DNA of 64,000 nt from Anaerolineae bacterium (GCA_015486845.1 WFQU01000160.1:3313-67312); one strand, 5' to 3'. Shown: positions 41,545 through 52,813, numbered from the stretch's first letter. The notes: generated from the letters alone by a model not told the origin. Numbers and translations are program-made.

Positions 41545-42637
41545 TCGATTCCACCACCAAAGCGGCTAACCGTTCGGCGGCATCCCAACGCGCCATGTCA
41601 TGTAAAACAGTCCGCATCTTCTGCCGGCGCTGGTCATCCTCTAAAAGAGCGTGCAACGTAGGCCACAAATCTCGTTGCAATTGTGCGTCCGGCACGATCA
41701 CCGCCCCGCCAGCTCGTTGCAAATACTCGGCGTTCAAGCGCTGATGTTGCCCGGCATAAGGATAGGGCACCAACACGGTGGGTAGTCCCGCAACAGGTAA
41801 TTCACCCAACACTGAAGCCCCGGCCCGGCTCACAGCCAAGTCCGCGGCATGCAAAGCCGCCGCCATCTCATCGTATAAATACGCGTAATGATGATAATCT
41901 TGCCGTAACGCGGACGGTAAATTTTCCGCCATCCGGGTCACCCAAGCACTATCCAAAGGGCCGCTCACATGAAGTACTTGCGCTAACGGCAGAATATTCG
42001 GTAAAGCAGTCACCAGCGCCCGGTTGATACTCCTGGCACCGCGACTACCACCGAACACCAACAACACTGGCTTCTCGGCCGCCAAACCTAAGGCCGCCCT
42101 TGCCTCCGCCCGCTGCCAATGGCTAAAATCCTCACGAACCGGATAACCGGTCACCACCGCTTTAGCCCCAAAATAGGAAGCTGCCTCCGGCAACGAAACA
42201 GCCACCTTTGTGGCCCAGCGTTGCAAGAACCGGATCGCCAGACCGGGACGCAAATCGGGTAAATAAATGAGCACCGACACGTTAAGCCGCCGCGCTGCCA
42301 GCGCCACTGGCACGGAAGCAAACCCTCCCGTGATAAGGCAAACCGTCGGCCGCCAGCGGCGCAACAAAGCCACTGATTGCCGATATCCACGCCACAAGTG
42401 ATACGAATTAGCGGCGGCCATCCAAGGCGCTTTGCCCAACAACTGCCCCGAGGCTACCGCGTCAAAAGGCAAGCCAGCACGCTGCACCAACTTCGCCTCA
42501 ATGCTGTCCGGCGAGCCGATATATAAGAATTCAGCGGCGGGCGTGCTTTTTTGCAAGCGGCCAATAACGGCGAAAAGGGGATAGACATGACCAGCAGTCC
42601 CTCCCCCAGAAAGCAGCACTCGCATGTTCTGTGACAT
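41534..42637 (-). CDS. murG: Lipid II GlcNAc transferase
   Basis: GGGTAGHVYP, TGYPVR, FGGSRGA, SRAGAS, HQRLNA. Confidence 0.97.
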   Translation of the reverse strand: MSQNMRVLLSGGGTAGHVYPLFAVIGRLQKSTPAAEFLYIGSPDSIEAKLVQRAGLPFDAVASGQLLGKAPWMAAANSYHLWRGYRQSVALLRRWRPTVCLITGGFASVPVALAARRLNVSVLIYLPDLRPGLAIRFLQRWATKVAVSLPEAASYFGAKAVVTGYPVREDFSHWQRAEARAALGLAAEKPVLLVFGGSRGARSINRALVTALPNILPLAQVLHVSGPLDSAWVTRMAENLPSALRQDYHHYAYLYDEMAAALHAADLAVSRAGASVLGELPVAGLPTVLVPYPYAGQHQRLNAEYLQRAGGAVIVPDAQLQRDLWPTLHALLEDDQRRQKMRTVLHDMARWDAAERLAALVVESSGE

Positions 42638-43742
42638 TTCTTCCTCGATGCATGGAAACGCTCAACAAAAGTCCTGTTGCTGCTAAACAGCTTAACATAG
42701 AAGCACCGCCAAGACTAAAAAAGGGCAAGGTCATGCCGGTCGGAGGTAGCATAGCCACCATTACACCTAAATGAATAGCCGTTTGCCAACTCCACCACAG
42801 GCCAATCCCCGCTGCTAACAAAGACCCAAAAAGGTCTGGCGTCGTAACAACCAGATCAAACACCCGCCAAAAAAGCAAGAAATAGAGAGAGATCAAACCC
42901 AACAGGCCGAAAATACCGAATTGAATGACAACGGCCGCACCGGCAGCATCGCTTTTCAACAAGATGAACTCCGACGAACCCCGGCGCCCGGCGCCATGCC
43001 CCAGCCACGAATTGCTAATACTCGACAATAAGCCGTTGATCTGGGCATTCTGAACAGCAAATGGATGTTGCCACTCCTGCACATAAATATCTAAGCGATG
43101 AAAAACATGACTGGCCGTCAAATAAACCAACAGTAATCCCAATAAAAGGACTGGGATGAGATAAATCAAACCTCGCCTCAGGCTACCGCCAGCCAAAAGA
43201 AACATGAGAACAGCTACTGTGCCAATGAGTAACGATGTAGAAATATCCGGCTCCAAGACAATCAGGAAAAGCGAAAGGACGACCAAAACCATGTATGGCA
43301 ACAATCCCGTGTTCATCTCCTGAAGCTCTGTTTTACGGCTAGTCAACCAGGCCGCAAAGTAAATGATCAACCCCAATTTGGCCAATTCCGAAGCCTGAAT
43401 GCTATTACCGTGCAAGTAACGATGAGATTGATTGACCGCCGGCTGCAAGAAAACAGCACCTAACAAAAGCAGAGAAAAGAGAAGAATCGGCACGGCCCAT
43501 CGTTTCCAATAATGATAATCCACCAACGCCAAAACAACCATCAAGACCAAGCCCAAGATGACGGCACGCGCTTGCTGTCGCACGGATTCCAAAGGGGAAG
43601 CACCCTGCTGAATCAAATTTCCGTACGTCGAGCTGTAAAGGAATATCAACCCCATCGACACCAGCACTAAAACGGTGACGAGTAAAAAGACATCCAATCC
43701 CCACAGGTTGAAAACAAATGGATTGCGAGATGATTGCCGCAT
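42531..43742 (-). CDS. ftsW: SEDS family protein FtsW (divergent)
   Basis: IQASELAK, LEPD, PPTGMTLPFFSLGG, about 10 TMs, located between murD and murG. Confidence 0.9.
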   Translation of the reverse strand: MRQSSRNPFVFNLWGLDVFLLVTVLVLVSMGLIFLYSSTYGNLIQQGASPLESVRQQARAVILGLVLMVVLALVDYHYWKRWAVPILLFSLLLLGAVFLQPAVNQSHRYLHGNSIQASELAKLGLIIYFAAWLTSRKTELQEMNTGLLPYMVLVVLSLFLIVLEPDISTSLLIGTVAVLMFLLAGGSLRRGLIYLIPVLLLGLLLVYLTASHVFHRLDIYVQEWQHPFAVQNAQINGLLSSISNSWLGHGAGRRGSSEFILLKSDAAGAAVVIQFGIFGLLGLISLYFLLFWRVFDLVVTTPDLFGSLLAAGIGLWWSWQTAIHLGVMVAMLPPTGMTLPFFSLGGASMLSCLAATGLLLSVSMHRGRNVTEHASAAFWGRDCWSCLSPFRRYWPLAKKHARR

Positions 43743-43769
43743 CGAACTGTCTCTTTCATTCTCTCTGTA

Positions 43770-45155
43770 TCAGAGCATGTCCACCAATTGCCGAAAGTGT
43801 TCTCCCCGAGCCACGAAATCTTTGTAAGTATCGTAACTGGTACCGCCCGGCGAAAGCAACACAACATCCCCAGCCCGGCTGACCGCGTCGGCAGCGGCCA
43901 CAGCCGCCGGCAAATCGTCCACCAGGCGCACGCTTGCTAACATTTCGCCAGGCTGAGCCGGCTGCTCAGCAACTTTACGAGCGATCATGGGCGCCGCTTC
44001 ACCAAAAAGCAATAAATGGCGCACTCGTTGGTGTACCAACCGAGCAAATTCATCCCAAGGCAGTTTCTTGTCCCGCCCGCCGGCCAGCAAAATAAGCGGT
44101 TCGTCAAAAGAACGCAGTGCCGCCACAGCGCGTTCCGGTGCCGTAGCGATGGAATCATTCACCCAGATCACGCCTTGGCGCCGGCGAATCACTTCCAGGC
44201 GATGCGCCACGCCTGTAAACGTCGTAGCCACTTTCTGCACGCCGGCCACCGACCCGCCGGCAGCCAACGCCAAAACGGACGCTGCCAGCATGTTCAGCAC
44301 GTTATGCTCGCCACGTAAACGAATCACCGAGCGAGGGAACAACGGCACGACATCAGAATGCCGACGATAAACCAGCCTGTCACCGGCTAACCACGCGCCG
44401 GCCGGCACTTCTTCCCGTAGGCTGAACGCCAATCGCTCCACACCGGCGGGTAATTGATCATACCAGCGCCGTGTCCAATCGTTGTCCCAGCCCAGCAAAG
44501 CCAAATCGCCCGGTCCCTGATAGCGCCAAAGGTTCTGTTTCGCTGCTGCGTAAGCAGCCATGGACGGATGACGATCCAAATGGTTCGGCGTCACGTTCAG
44601 AACAGCTGCCGCCCACGGACTTTGGCGCCACAATTCCAGTTGAAAACTGGAAAGTTCCAACACGACGCGGTCATCCGGCGCGATTTCCGCTAAACGATCA
44701 ATAAGCGGCGTGCCGATATTACCTCCGACATGCGTGCGTAACCCGGCAGCCACCAGCATTTTACCCACCAACGTCGTCGTTGTAGTTTTGCCACTGGAAC
44801 CGGTAATGCCGATCAGGGGCGCCGGGGAAAACTGCAAGGTCAACAAAGAATCGTTGCTTAATGCAATGCCCCGCGCCTGGGCCTCCCGCACAATAGGAAT
44901 CGTCGGCGGCACGCCTCCACTCAAACAGAGCAAGTCCACGCCATTCAGTAGCGATAATGGGTGTCCGCCCAAAGCAAAACGCACGTTGCTATACCCTTGC
45001 AACGCCGCCATTTCAGATTGCAACTCGGCAGCCGGCCGGCGGTCGCTCAACACAACTGAACTGCCCGCTGCTGCAAAGAAATGGGCCAAAGCGATACCTT
45101 GGCGCGCCAGGCCCAAGATTAGCACCTTGGCGCCGGAAAATCGTTGTCCTATCAT
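43770..45155 (-). CDS. murD: UDP-MurNAc-L-Ala--D-glutamate ligase
   Basis: [42 protein letters not shown]. Confidence 0.97.
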   Translation of the reverse strand: MIGQRFSGAKVLILGLARQGIALAHFFAAAGSSVVLSDRRPAAELQSEMAALQGYSNVRFALGGHPLSLLNGVDLLCLSGGVPPTIPIVREAQARGIALSNDSLLTLQFSPAPLIGITGSSGKTTTTTLVGKMLVAAGLRTHVGGNIGTPLIDRLAEIAPDDRVVLELSSFQLELWRQSPWAAAVLNVTPNHLDRHPSMAAYAAAKQNLWRYQGPGDLALLGWDNDWTRRWYDQLPAGVERLAFSLREEVPAGAWLAGDRLVYRRHSDVVPLFPRSVIRLRGEHNVLNMLAASVLALAAGGSVAGVQKVATTFTGVAHRLEVIRRRQGVIWVNDSIATAPERAVAALRSFDEPLILLAGGRDKKLPWDEFARLVHQRVRHLLLFGEAAPMIARKVAEQPAQPGEMLASVRLVDDLPAAVAAADAVSRAGDVVLLSPGGTSYDTYKDFVARGEHFRQLVDML

Positions 45156-45156
45156 C

Positions 45157-46161
45157 TTAGATCAACGCCAGTGCGATGCCTAACATCGCGCTAAGAATGC
45201 CGATCAGCCAAAAACGCTGGGTTACTTGCGTTTCAGACCAGCCCAACAGTTCGAAATGGTGATGCAACGGGCTCATGCGGAAGAGACGGCGCCCTTCACC
45301 ATACAGCCGGCGCGTCAGTTTGAACCACCCCACTTGCAAAATGACTGAGAGCGCTTCCGCCACAAAAATAGCCCCAACCACCGGTAAAAGGAGCCATTGT
45401 CCGGTGAGGAGCGCCACAACGCCCAAAGTGGCCCCTAAAGATTGCGAGCCAGTATCTCCCATAAAGAGATCGGCCGGATAAGCATTGTACCAAAGAAATG
45501 CCATCACAGCGCCCACAACAGTGAAACAGAAAGCCACCAACCAAACTTGTCCTTGTAAATAAGCAATCACGCCATAGGCGGTAAAAGCAATGGCAGCGTT
45601 ACTGCCGGCTAATCCGTCCAGCCCATCCGTGAGATTAACAGCATTGGACGTGCCCAAGATTATAAAAATAGCAACCGGCAGATAGAAAATGCCAATATTA
45701 AATTTGGACGGGATCCCCGGCACAGCCAAACTATGTAAATTTGCCATCCAGTAAAGAGCACCTGCCGCCACAAATGCGATAACACACTGCAAAGCAAATT
45801 TCGTGCGGGGAGAAAGTCCCTCTCCTCGGGAAGCATTTTTTCCCAAAATACCTTCCCAATCGTCCAACATGCCCAAAATGCCAAAGCCAACCATAACAAA
45901 AAGCGGCACTAAAACGGATTGACCAATATATGTGTGGCCCAAAAAATTAGCAATATTCAGAATGATCGTTATCAAGAGTACAGGAATGATGATCATCAAA
46001 CCACCCATCGTCGGCGTGCCCATTTTAACTTGATGCGCTTTGGGGCCGTCAATGCGGATGCGCTTACCCAAATGTGCCCGACGCAAATATTTAATCAACG
46101 GCGTCCCCCACCCCACCGCTAACAAAAAAGCAACCGTTCCCAACGTCAATGAGTAAGACAC
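45157..46161 (-). CDS. mraY: Phospho-MurNAc-pentapeptide transferase
   Basis: [35 protein letters not shown]. Start is approximate. Confidence 0.97.
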   Translation of the reverse strand: MSYSLTLGTVAFLLAVGWGTPLIKYLRRAHLGKRIRIDGPKAHQVKMGTPTMGGLMIIIPVLLITIILNIANFLGHTYIGQSVLVPLFVMVGFGILGMLDDWEGILGKNASRGEGLSPRTKFALQCVIAFVAAGALYWMANLHSLAVPGIPSKFNIGIFYLPVAIFIILGTSNAVNLTDGLDGLAGSNAAIAFTAYGVIAYLQGQVWLVAFCFTVVGAVMAFLWYNAYPADLFMGDTGSQSLGATLGVVALLTGQWLLLPVVGAIFVAEALSVILQVGWFKLTRRLYGEGRRLFRMSPLHHHFELLGWSETQVTQRFWLIGILSAMLGIALALI

Positions 46162-46165
46162 AGGC

Positions 46166-47593
46166 TCAATACGCCTCCACCCCGGACAGATCATCGACAA
46201 CTCGCTCTAAGGCCATAGCCCGAGAGCCTTTCACCAAAAGCACATCCCCCGGCCGCAACCGTTCTCGCAAGAATTCGCTTGCCTCCATCGCTGCATTCAG
46301 GAGCACAACTCGGTCCTCAGGCATGCCCTGTGCCATCGCTTCTTCAGCAATCCATCGCGCCCGCTGACCAACCGCTACCAATAATTGTGTAACAGCCGCC
46401 GCCCTGGCACCCACTAAACGATGTCCTTTTTCCTCATAATCGCCCAATTCTAACATGTCTCCCAAAACAGCAATATGCCGGCCATCCAGCTCGGCCAGCA
46501 AGTTCAGCGCCGCCAGCACCGAAGCGGGACTCGCGTTGTACGTGTCGTCTATGATAGTGCTGCCGCCGATACCCGGCACTGCGACTAAACGCAATTGCGC
46601 CGTTGTATCCTGCAATCCGGCCGCAATCTCGCCCCAATCCAAGCCATAGGATAACCCCACCGCTGCCGAGCGCAGCGCCGTATGCACGCTGTGCTGTCCC
46701 AACAGAGGAATCCGTACCGGAATAACCTCGTCCTGGTAATGAAATGTAAAACGAATGCCTTCCAAGCCAGCGCTTGCGATTTCATCCGCCCACAAATCAT
46801 TCTCCGCCGCCAAACCATAAGTCATTACCGGCGCAGCACTTTGGGCCGCCATTGCCGCCACCAAAGGGTCATCCCCGTTCAAAATGGCTAAGCCATTAGC
46901 AGGCAAAGCGCGCACCAATTCCGCTTTGGCCGCTGCAATCCGATCTAAACTCCCCATCCGCTCTAAATGTGTGGGGCCGACATTGGTTACAATCCCAACC
47001 TGGGGTGAAGCCATGGCGGCAAGCGAAGTAATCTCGCCGGGGCCATAAGTCCCCATCTCTAAAACCGCCACCTGGTGTTCCTCCGCCAGTTGCAGCAACG
47101 TCAGAGGCAGGCCAATCTCGTTATTGTAGTTTTGCTCGCTTTTCAACACCCGAAAGCGTTGACGCAGAACAGCCGCCGTCAATTCCTTCGTGGTCGTCTT
47201 GCCAACACTACCAGTAATTGCCACAACGCGCAGTTCGAATTGGCGTCGCCAAAATGCTGCTAATTTCTGCAAAGCAGCTAAGCTGTCTTCCACTAAGAAG
47301 ATATACGGTCGCGCCAAAGCGCCAATAGGTAATGGTTTGTCCAACTGTAAACGGGAGCCAGGCAGTTCCGGCAGGTCCGCATAGGTCAGAATGGTCGTGG
47401 CACCGTGCCGGCGAGCATCTTCCATAAAAAGATAGCCCTCAGTCCGCGTCCCCGGCAAAGCCACGAACATACCCCCCGGCTCCACTTGCCGGGAATCGAC
47501 GGCAAAAGAGGACAACGGTTGCGGGTTCAGCCGTTCGCTGCCCACAATCTCACCCCCTAAAGCCAACCAGATTTGTCGTGCACTCGGTGGCAC
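46166..47593 (-). CDS. murF: UDP-MurNAc-tripeptide--D-Ala-D-Ala ligase
   Basis: DSR, ITGSVGKTTTKE, NNEIGLP, DDTYNASP, GDMLELG, VKGSR. Confidence 0.96.
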   Translation of the reverse strand: MPPSARQIWLALGGEIVGSERLNPQPLSSFAVDSRQVEPGGMFVALPGTRTEGYLFMEDARRHGATTILTYADLPELPGSRLQLDKPLPIGALARPYIFLVEDSLAALQKLAAFWRRQFELRVVAITGSVGKTTTKELTAAVLRQRFRVLKSEQNYNNEIGLPLTLLQLAEEHQVAVLEMGTYGPGEITSLAAMASPQVGIVTNVGPTHLERMGSLDRIAAAKAELVRALPANGLAILNGDDPLVAAMAAQSAAPVMTYGLAAENDLWADEIASAGLEGIRFTFHYQDEVIPVRIPLLGQHSVHTALRSAAVGLSYGLDWGEIAAGLQDTTAQLRLVAVPGIGGSTIIDDTYNASPASVLAALNLLAELDGRHIAVLGDMLELGDYEEKGHRLVGARAAAVTQLLVAVGQRARWIAEEAMAQGMPEDRVVLLNAAMEASEFLRERLRPGDVLLVKGSRAMALERVVDDLSGVEAY

Positions 47594-47693
47594 TTTCCAC
47601 CCCTTTCAACCTTTTATAAGACAGCACACCAACCAGTCAAAGTTCCCCAACGCGGACCCGTGAGGCCCTTTCCCCCTACCCATGTAGATACTG

Positions 47694-49610
47694 TTATTGT
47701 GCCTTCGATGGAGGCACATTCAAAATCGTTGTCAATCGCTTTGCTGCCTCCATAAAAGTTGGCAGGGCCGAATTGTAAGCCCAAAATCCCTTTGCAGGTT
47801 GATGCAATTTCACCAAAATCACGAGTTGCGGATTATCAGCCGGTAAGTAGCCAATAAAAGTAACGTCAGGCAATCGCTGATTGTACCCTTTCCCGATCTG
47901 GGCGATCTCGGCCGTGCCTGTCTTGCCAGCCACACGGTACCCGGGCACGGGATTGTCACCGGCCCACCGGTGTACGACACCCTCTAACATAGTCGTTACC
48001 TGGTGCGCCGTCTCAGGACGAATCACGCGGCGTCGTTCTTTTGGTAAAACCTGATACCATTTGCCATCTTGCACAAATGCCAGCACAGCGTGCGGCCTCA
48101 TCAACACGCCATTATTGGCCAAGGCACCGTAAGCGGCCACAAGCTGCACCGGCGTTGCTTGTAAAGCCTGTCCAAACGATTGGGCAGCCAAATCTGAATT
48201 ACTCCAGATAGGATTGCCCGGCTGGCGCACCATCCCGGGATTATCCGGGCCGAAATCTTCACCGGTAGGAGCGTCAAAGCCAAAATCCAACACATATTTG
48301 TAAAACCGCTGGGGCCCCAACGCGATGGCCATTTGCACCATATCCACGTTGAGTGATTCAGCTAATACTTTAGCTACGGTGACATCACCATAAGCTTTAC
48401 GCTCCGCATTACGAAAAGTATGCCCGCCATAAGTAATGCTGCCGCTATCATGGTAGATAGTATCCGGCGTCACGCCCAATGATTCCATCGCCGCCGCAAC
48501 CACGAATGGCTTGAAAACAGAGCCCGGTTCATAAGGGTAGAGCGCTAACTCTCGAAAAACTAATTGATCCGTGTTTCCAGTATGATTCGGATCGAACGTC
48601 GGCCAGTTAGCATAAGAAATGATCTCACCGTTGCGCGGATCCATGGCCAGGATAAGGCCGCTATCGCTATGGTAACGCTTAATGGCCTGCCGCAACACAT
48701 CTTCCGTGGCCAATTGCGCATCACGACGCACTGTCAAGACCAAGTCATGCCCACATTGCGATGGCAAATAAGGCATCAACGCTTTGGGAACGAAAGGCTT
48801 AACCGCCACATTCCGACCTTGAAAATCTCTTTCGCCCCGCAAGTACTGCTGATAATAATATAGTACCCCCAGTGCGCCAGCCCATTCCTTTTTTTTAGAA
48901 TTGTAATATGAAAAGCCCAACAAATGGGCCGCCAAGGACTTCTCTGGATAAAAGAAATAAGGATCCTTTTTTACCGTCACGCCACGCACGGCAAATAGGA
49001 CTGGATTCCATTCCCCCTCGATTTTCTTTGCTTCCCCCTCGGAAATGCCCGCACAATGATACGAAGCCAGGTCCATTGCCTCAGGCAACGAAAAGCCCGC
49101 TGCGAAATCCTTTTGTCGCGCTCGCAAAGCTTGTAAGAGACAAATGCGGTTGGGCGGAGAATTGGCAGTAACCACCCGGGTGTAAGACGTGTCGCTACCA
49201 TACTTTTGTTGGAAGGACTTGTAACCCTGATCCAGCTCCGAACGGGCAGGAAAATCATTTTCCGGCCATAACGCGGTAATAGCTTGCCACGTTTTTTCCT
49301 CAAGCTGATTTCGTTTGACAACATCTTCCTGAGATTCGTTGCGCCTGATCCAAGAACGCGCCACCCCCCAGTCGTATAAGACCTTGAACCGAAAATTAGG
49401 GATCGCCAACGCGGATTGTTGGCGATCCACAATAATGCCGAAGCCATCACAAGCTGGTGCCTGGTACGAATCGCTTAGGGCCGCCTTTTCGTGGGAAGCC
49501 ATGACCAACAAGCGGAGGTAAAAGAAAATAGAGAGGAAAATAACCCCCACCGGCAACATCAACAAACAATAGCGGCAACCGAAAAAAGGATGCCTACCCC
49601 CTCGCACCAT
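47694..49610 (-). CDS. ftsI: Class B penicillin-binding protein
   Basis: EPGSVFK (SxxK), SLN (SxN), GKTGTA, N-terminal TM, dcw position. Confidence 0.9.
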   Translation of the reverse strand: MVRGGRHPFFGCRYCLLMLPVGVIFLSIFFYLRLLVMASHEKAALSDSYQAPACDGFGIIVDRQQSALAIPNFRFKVLYDWGVARSWIRRNESQEDVVKRNQLEEKTWQAITALWPENDFPARSELDQGYKSFQQKYGSDTSYTRVVTANSPPNRICLLQALRARQKDFAAGFSLPEAMDLASYHCAGISEGEAKKIEGEWNPVLFAVRGVTVKKDPYFFYPEKSLAAHLLGFSYYNSKKKEWAGALGVLYYYQQYLRGERDFQGRNVAVKPFVPKALMPYLPSQCGHDLVLTVRRDAQLATEDVLRQAIKRYHSDSGLILAMDPRNGEIISYANWPTFDPNHTGNTDQLVFRELALYPYEPGSVFKPFVVAAAMESLGVTPDTIYHDSGSITYGGHTFRNAERKAYGDVTVAKVLAESLNVDMVQMAIALGPQRFYKYVLDFGFDAPTGEDFGPDNPGMVRQPGNPIWSNSDLAAQSFGQALQATPVQLVAAYGALANNGVLMRPHAVLAFVQDGKWYQVLPKERRRVIRPETAHQVTTMLEGVVHRWAGDNPVPGYRVAGKTGTAEIAQIGKGYNQRLPDVTFIGYLPADNPQLVILVKLHQPAKGFWAYNSALPTFMEAAKRLTTILNVPPSKAQ

Positions 49611-49628
49611 ATCCCCCTCTCAACAATG

Positions 49629-50153
49629 TCATGGAGTTGTACGCAGAGCATGTGCGAAACCCGGAACGAGCCATGACGTCCAACTCTTCCAAGCTGTATC
49701 GTTGGGAATCGCCCCACCACGAGCGAAAGAAGTCATTTGTTCAGGCTGGGGATATGCTATGGTCGAAACCTGCTGTTCGTTCACTAACGTCAAGTGGTAA
49801 AGCTTAGCTATCTGTTCCAGCCGTTCAGTACTGTATAAATGCGCTACATGGTCTTGCAAAACAGGTAGATCCTGTTGCTGCAAACGCAGGCGTTTGGTAT
49901 GTAAAGTTGTATATTGCTTTTGCAACACGCGTACTGTCGTCTGCTGCTGCAAAGCTATCGCGAAAAATAACATGGTGGCCAAAACCAACAGGAAACTAGC
50001 CATAAACCACCCTAATAACGACCGGTAACGCTGTATGACATCGAACCGTTGCCAAAAGGGCGCATTATCATGTAACGGCATTGCTAATGATTTCACAGCC
50101 ATCAAGCCACCTCCGCCCGGCAATTCCAGTCTGAGTGTAGTATTATTCTCCAT
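49629..50153 (-). CDS. ftsL: FtsL-like bitopic coiled-coil protein
   Basis: One TM, Gln/Leu-rich coil, STERLEQIA. Lies between rsmH and ftsI. Confidence 0.65.
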   Translation of the reverse strand: MENNTTLRLELPGGGGLMAVKSLAMPLHDNAPFWQRFDVIQRYRSLLGWFMASFLLVLATMLFFAIALQQQTTVRVLQKQYTTLHTKRLRLQQQDLPVLQDHVAHLYSTERLEQIAKLYHLTLVNEQQVSTIAYPQPEQMTSFARGGAIPNDTAWKSWTSWLVPGFAHALRTTP

Positions 50154-50284
50154 AATTGAACCTCTCCTTCTTGCGATGTAAGATTGTAATGTCATATCCA
50201 AAAGAGTAAATCGGCCAACATCTATAACTAAAAACAAGATTCCCGCCCCTAAAAACCGGGCGAAGCCACTGTTTCTTGATCGTA

Positions 50285-51193
50285 TTAAAGCCGTTCGGAA
50301 ACTCTAAGCTTGGCGCTGCGACTACGTGGGTTCAGGGCGATTTCCGCTGCCTTTGCGATAATCGGTTTCTTGGTCAGAATACGCAATCGCATCGGCGTGT
50401 TCATGGCCAAATTATCGTCCTGCCCCGCCTCCCGGCGGAAAAACCATTTCACAATACGATCCTCCAAGGAGTGAAACGAGATGACTACTAACCGCCCGCC
50501 TGGCTTCAATAAATCTACAGCCTGCGGTAAAACGGCCTCCAGCGCACCCAATTCGTCATTCACGGCAATGCGCAGCGCTTGAAAAGTACGCGTTGCCGGA
50601 TGAATGCGCTGCTTCGGCGAACGCCCCACAGCCTTGAGCACGACTTGCGCCAATTCGTCCGCCCGGTGTAATGGGCGATTCTGCACAATAGCTTTCGCAA
50701 TACGCCGGGAACGCCGTTCTTCACCATAGCGATAAATCAGATCAGCCAGCTCTTTTTCCGGCAAATTGTTCACCAAATCAGCGGCACTGACCGGCTGCGT
50801 CGGATCAAAACGCATATCCAGTAAAGCATCCCCTTGAAACGAAAACCCCCGCCTGGCAGAAAGCTGAAAAGAAGAAAGCCCCAAATCTAACAAGATGCCA
50901 TCGACCTTGCTAATGTCAACCTTTTCAGCAACAGCGGCCAAATAGCGAAAATTGCTATGCACTAAAACAGCCCGATTCCCAAAAGAACGTAACCGTCCTG
51001 AAACCCAGGCTATGGCAGCCGGATCAGCATCTAATCCCAACAAACGACCAGTCGGTGACGATGCCGATAATATCGCCTCAGCGTGCCCGCCGCCGCCCAA
51101 AGTTCCGTCGATATAAACGCCGCGATCCTTTGGCTCCAACCAAGCCAAAACCTCGTTCGCCAAAACAGGAACATGTATTTCAGACTCGACCAC
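50285..51193 (-). CDS. rsmH: 16S rRNA m4C1402 methyltransferase
   Basis: [55 protein letters not shown]. Confidence 0.98.
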   Translation of the reverse strand: MVESEIHVPVLANEVLAWLEPKDRGVYIDGTLGGGGHAEAILSASSPTGRLLGLDADPAAIAWVSGRLRSFGNRAVLVHSNFRYLAAVAEKVDISKVDGILLDLGLSSFQLSARRGFSFQGDALLDMRFDPTQPVSAADLVNNLPEKELADLIYRYGEERRSRRIAKAIVQNRPLHRADELAQVVLKAVGRSPKQRIHPATRTFQALRIAVNDELGALEAVLPQAVDLLKPGGRLVVISFHSLEDRIVKWFFRREAGQDDNLAMNTPMRLRILTKKPIIAKAAEIALNPRSRSAKLRVSERL

Positions 51194-51270
51194 CAGCCCC
51201 TCCAGGCTAAAAACCACGTATCAACCCGCGTCATCCATCCAACATCCGCTAACCACAAAATAGCCCGGCC

Positions 51271-51696
51271 TCAAATCCCTAACGAGGACCAATCAGGAGC
51301 AGGCAAATCGTCATCATCCGTACCTTCTACTTGCCGCAATATTTCTGGCGCCCATAATTCAATGTACGTAGAAAGGCCTAAGCCAACGACCTCCTTTTCG
51401 ATGTGAGCAAAACGCCGCAATTCTTGTGGAATCATAATTCTGCTGTGCGTATCTAACATTTGGGCGGAAGCGTTCCCAAAAAACGTCCGGCGCATACTGC
51501 GGGCTTCCGCCGAAGTCAGAATCGGCAATTGATCCATCTTAGTCTGCAGTGCGTCCCACGCCTTCTTGGGAAAAAGAAAAAGGCAGCGATCCGCTCCTTT
51601 CGTCATAACCAAGCCGTCCTCTAAAAAAGGTCGGAAACGAGATGGCAAAGCCAAACGCCCTTTGGTATCTACGGAATGCGTAAACCGACCTAACAC
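51271..51696 (-). CDS. mraZ: dcw transcriptional regulator
   Basis: VDTKGRLALP and LDTHSRIMIP repeats, IELW. Confidence 0.95.
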   Translation of the reverse strand: MLGRFTHSVDTKGRLALPSRFRPFLEDGLVMTKGADRCLFLFPKKAWDALQTKMDQLPILTSAEARSMRRTFFGNASAQMLDTHSRIMIPQELRRFAHIEKEVVGLGLSTYIELWAPEILRQVEGTDDDDLPAPDWSSLGI

Positions 51697-51740
51697 ATCG
51701 CACCACCTTCTCCTCGAACGGCAACGAAGAAAATATCACT

Positions 51741-51777
51741 GCCCACTTTGTCCCACTTCATCCCACTTTATCCCATT
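51741..51777 (-). promoter_or_regulatory. MraZ operator: four TGGG boxes at 10-nt period
   Basis: Minus strand AATGGGATAA AGTGGGATGA AGTGGGACAA AGTGGGC, matching the known MraZ box pattern. Confidence 0.88.
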
Positions 51778-51802
51778 ATAGCAGGGATTTGGGAAAAATC
51801 AA
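51775..51802 (-). promoter_or_regulatory. dcw cluster sigma70 promoter
   Basis: TTGATT-16 nt-TATAAT with extended TG, overlapping the first MraZ box. Confidence 0.75.
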
Positions 51803-52179
51803 GCCCATTCTTGCCACTTGGGATTTACTTGGGATAAAAATTAAGGTTCCAGCCCTCGTGAGGACGATGTGATATACGCTGTTAATCAGGGGATTTAAAC
51901 CAGCAAACTAGTTTTAGCCGGCCCTGAACCTTTTTCATTTATGATTATTCAATTGTTAAGGTTCTTTGGCTACACGAAATTCGCCTTATCCCTTACTCTT
52001 TGACGGTGCTTGCGCTTAACTTGTCACAAATTCAGTATATCACAAATATCCCAAGTTGTCAACGCCTAATCAGCACCCAAGAATAGGTAATTAGTACCAT
52101 TATCACTATACGAACCACCCTGATATCGGGGTGGTTCGACCTATTTTATGGCTATTGCACGCAACATTTCGAGGCTGGC

Positions 52180-52208
52180 TTGCCAGGTAAACCACTTTCT
52201 CCTACAAT
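52180..52208 (+). promoter_or_regulatory. Putative sigma70 promoter for the methyltransferase operon
   Basis: TTGCCA-17 nt-TACAAT. Confidence 0.55.
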
Positions 52209-52335
52209 AATGATATCGTTGGTCTACGAGTAGAATTCACCTTAAGCCCGCAAGGCATAGATAGGGCCACAACAGCGAACGAAAATCTCTTGACAAGATT
52301 GGGGGATCGCAGGCTTGAGAAGTAATGCTACGGGG

Positions 52336-52438
52336 AGACCTCTCCCCCAAGCTTCGCTGCGCTTAGCTTTTCCCCCTCCCCGTGTCGGGGAGGGGGCGAC
52401 TTACCGCCCAAAGGGGCAGTAAGTCAGGAGAGAGGTCT
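52336..52438. repeat. Branched palindromic element
   Basis: Outer AGACCTCTC...GAGAGGTCT, inner CCCCCTCCCCG-TGT-CGGGGAGGGGG and GACTTAC...GTAAGTC. Confidence 0.7.
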
Positions 52439-52522
52439 TATTTTCAAAGAGGAGCTATTCCGTAATTTTTGAATACAAAATTATTCGTTTAGGAAGAAAC
52501 AGGCGTGTTTCTTGGTAGTTAT

Positions 52523-52590
52523 CATGAGCCTGCGGCACACCACAGCGGATGAAATTTAAGATCAGCGTGTATCAGCGTTAATCAGCGTTC
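52523..52590 (+). repeat. Empty copy of the 5763 module followed by ATCAGCG x3
   Basis: CATGAGCCTGCGGCACACCACAGCGGATGAAAT, then ATCAGCGTGT ATCAGCGTTA ATCAGCGTTC. Confidence 0.75.
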
Positions 52591-52601
52591 TATTTTTGCG
52601 T

Positions 52602-52813
52602 CCGCTGCCAAAAGGCTGCTCAACACCAGCCCCCTTTCAGGGAGCTTCTTGGCGACGTAGCACGAGGATTTGCCCCCCGTGCGCTCGGGCGGAGAACGCT
52701 TGTCGATTAGAAGTTCAACTTCTTAAAGAAGTTGAACTTCTAAAAGGGGGCCTGATTTTTTAGACGCTCTGCGCCTTTGCGCCGCTGCGTCAACTGATTT
52801 TCAGAGGAGAAAG
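52602..52813 (+). repeat. Composite repeat family A, copy 3
   Basis: Colinear with 54845-55046. Palindrome at 52709-52741. Ends in TTTTCAGAGGAG just before the ATG at 52823. Confidence 0.88.

Noticed and set aside
42531..42637. ftsW/murG 107-nt overlap as a frameshift
   Set aside because: Both genes are complete. The FtsW tail is simply the alternative frame of the murG start.
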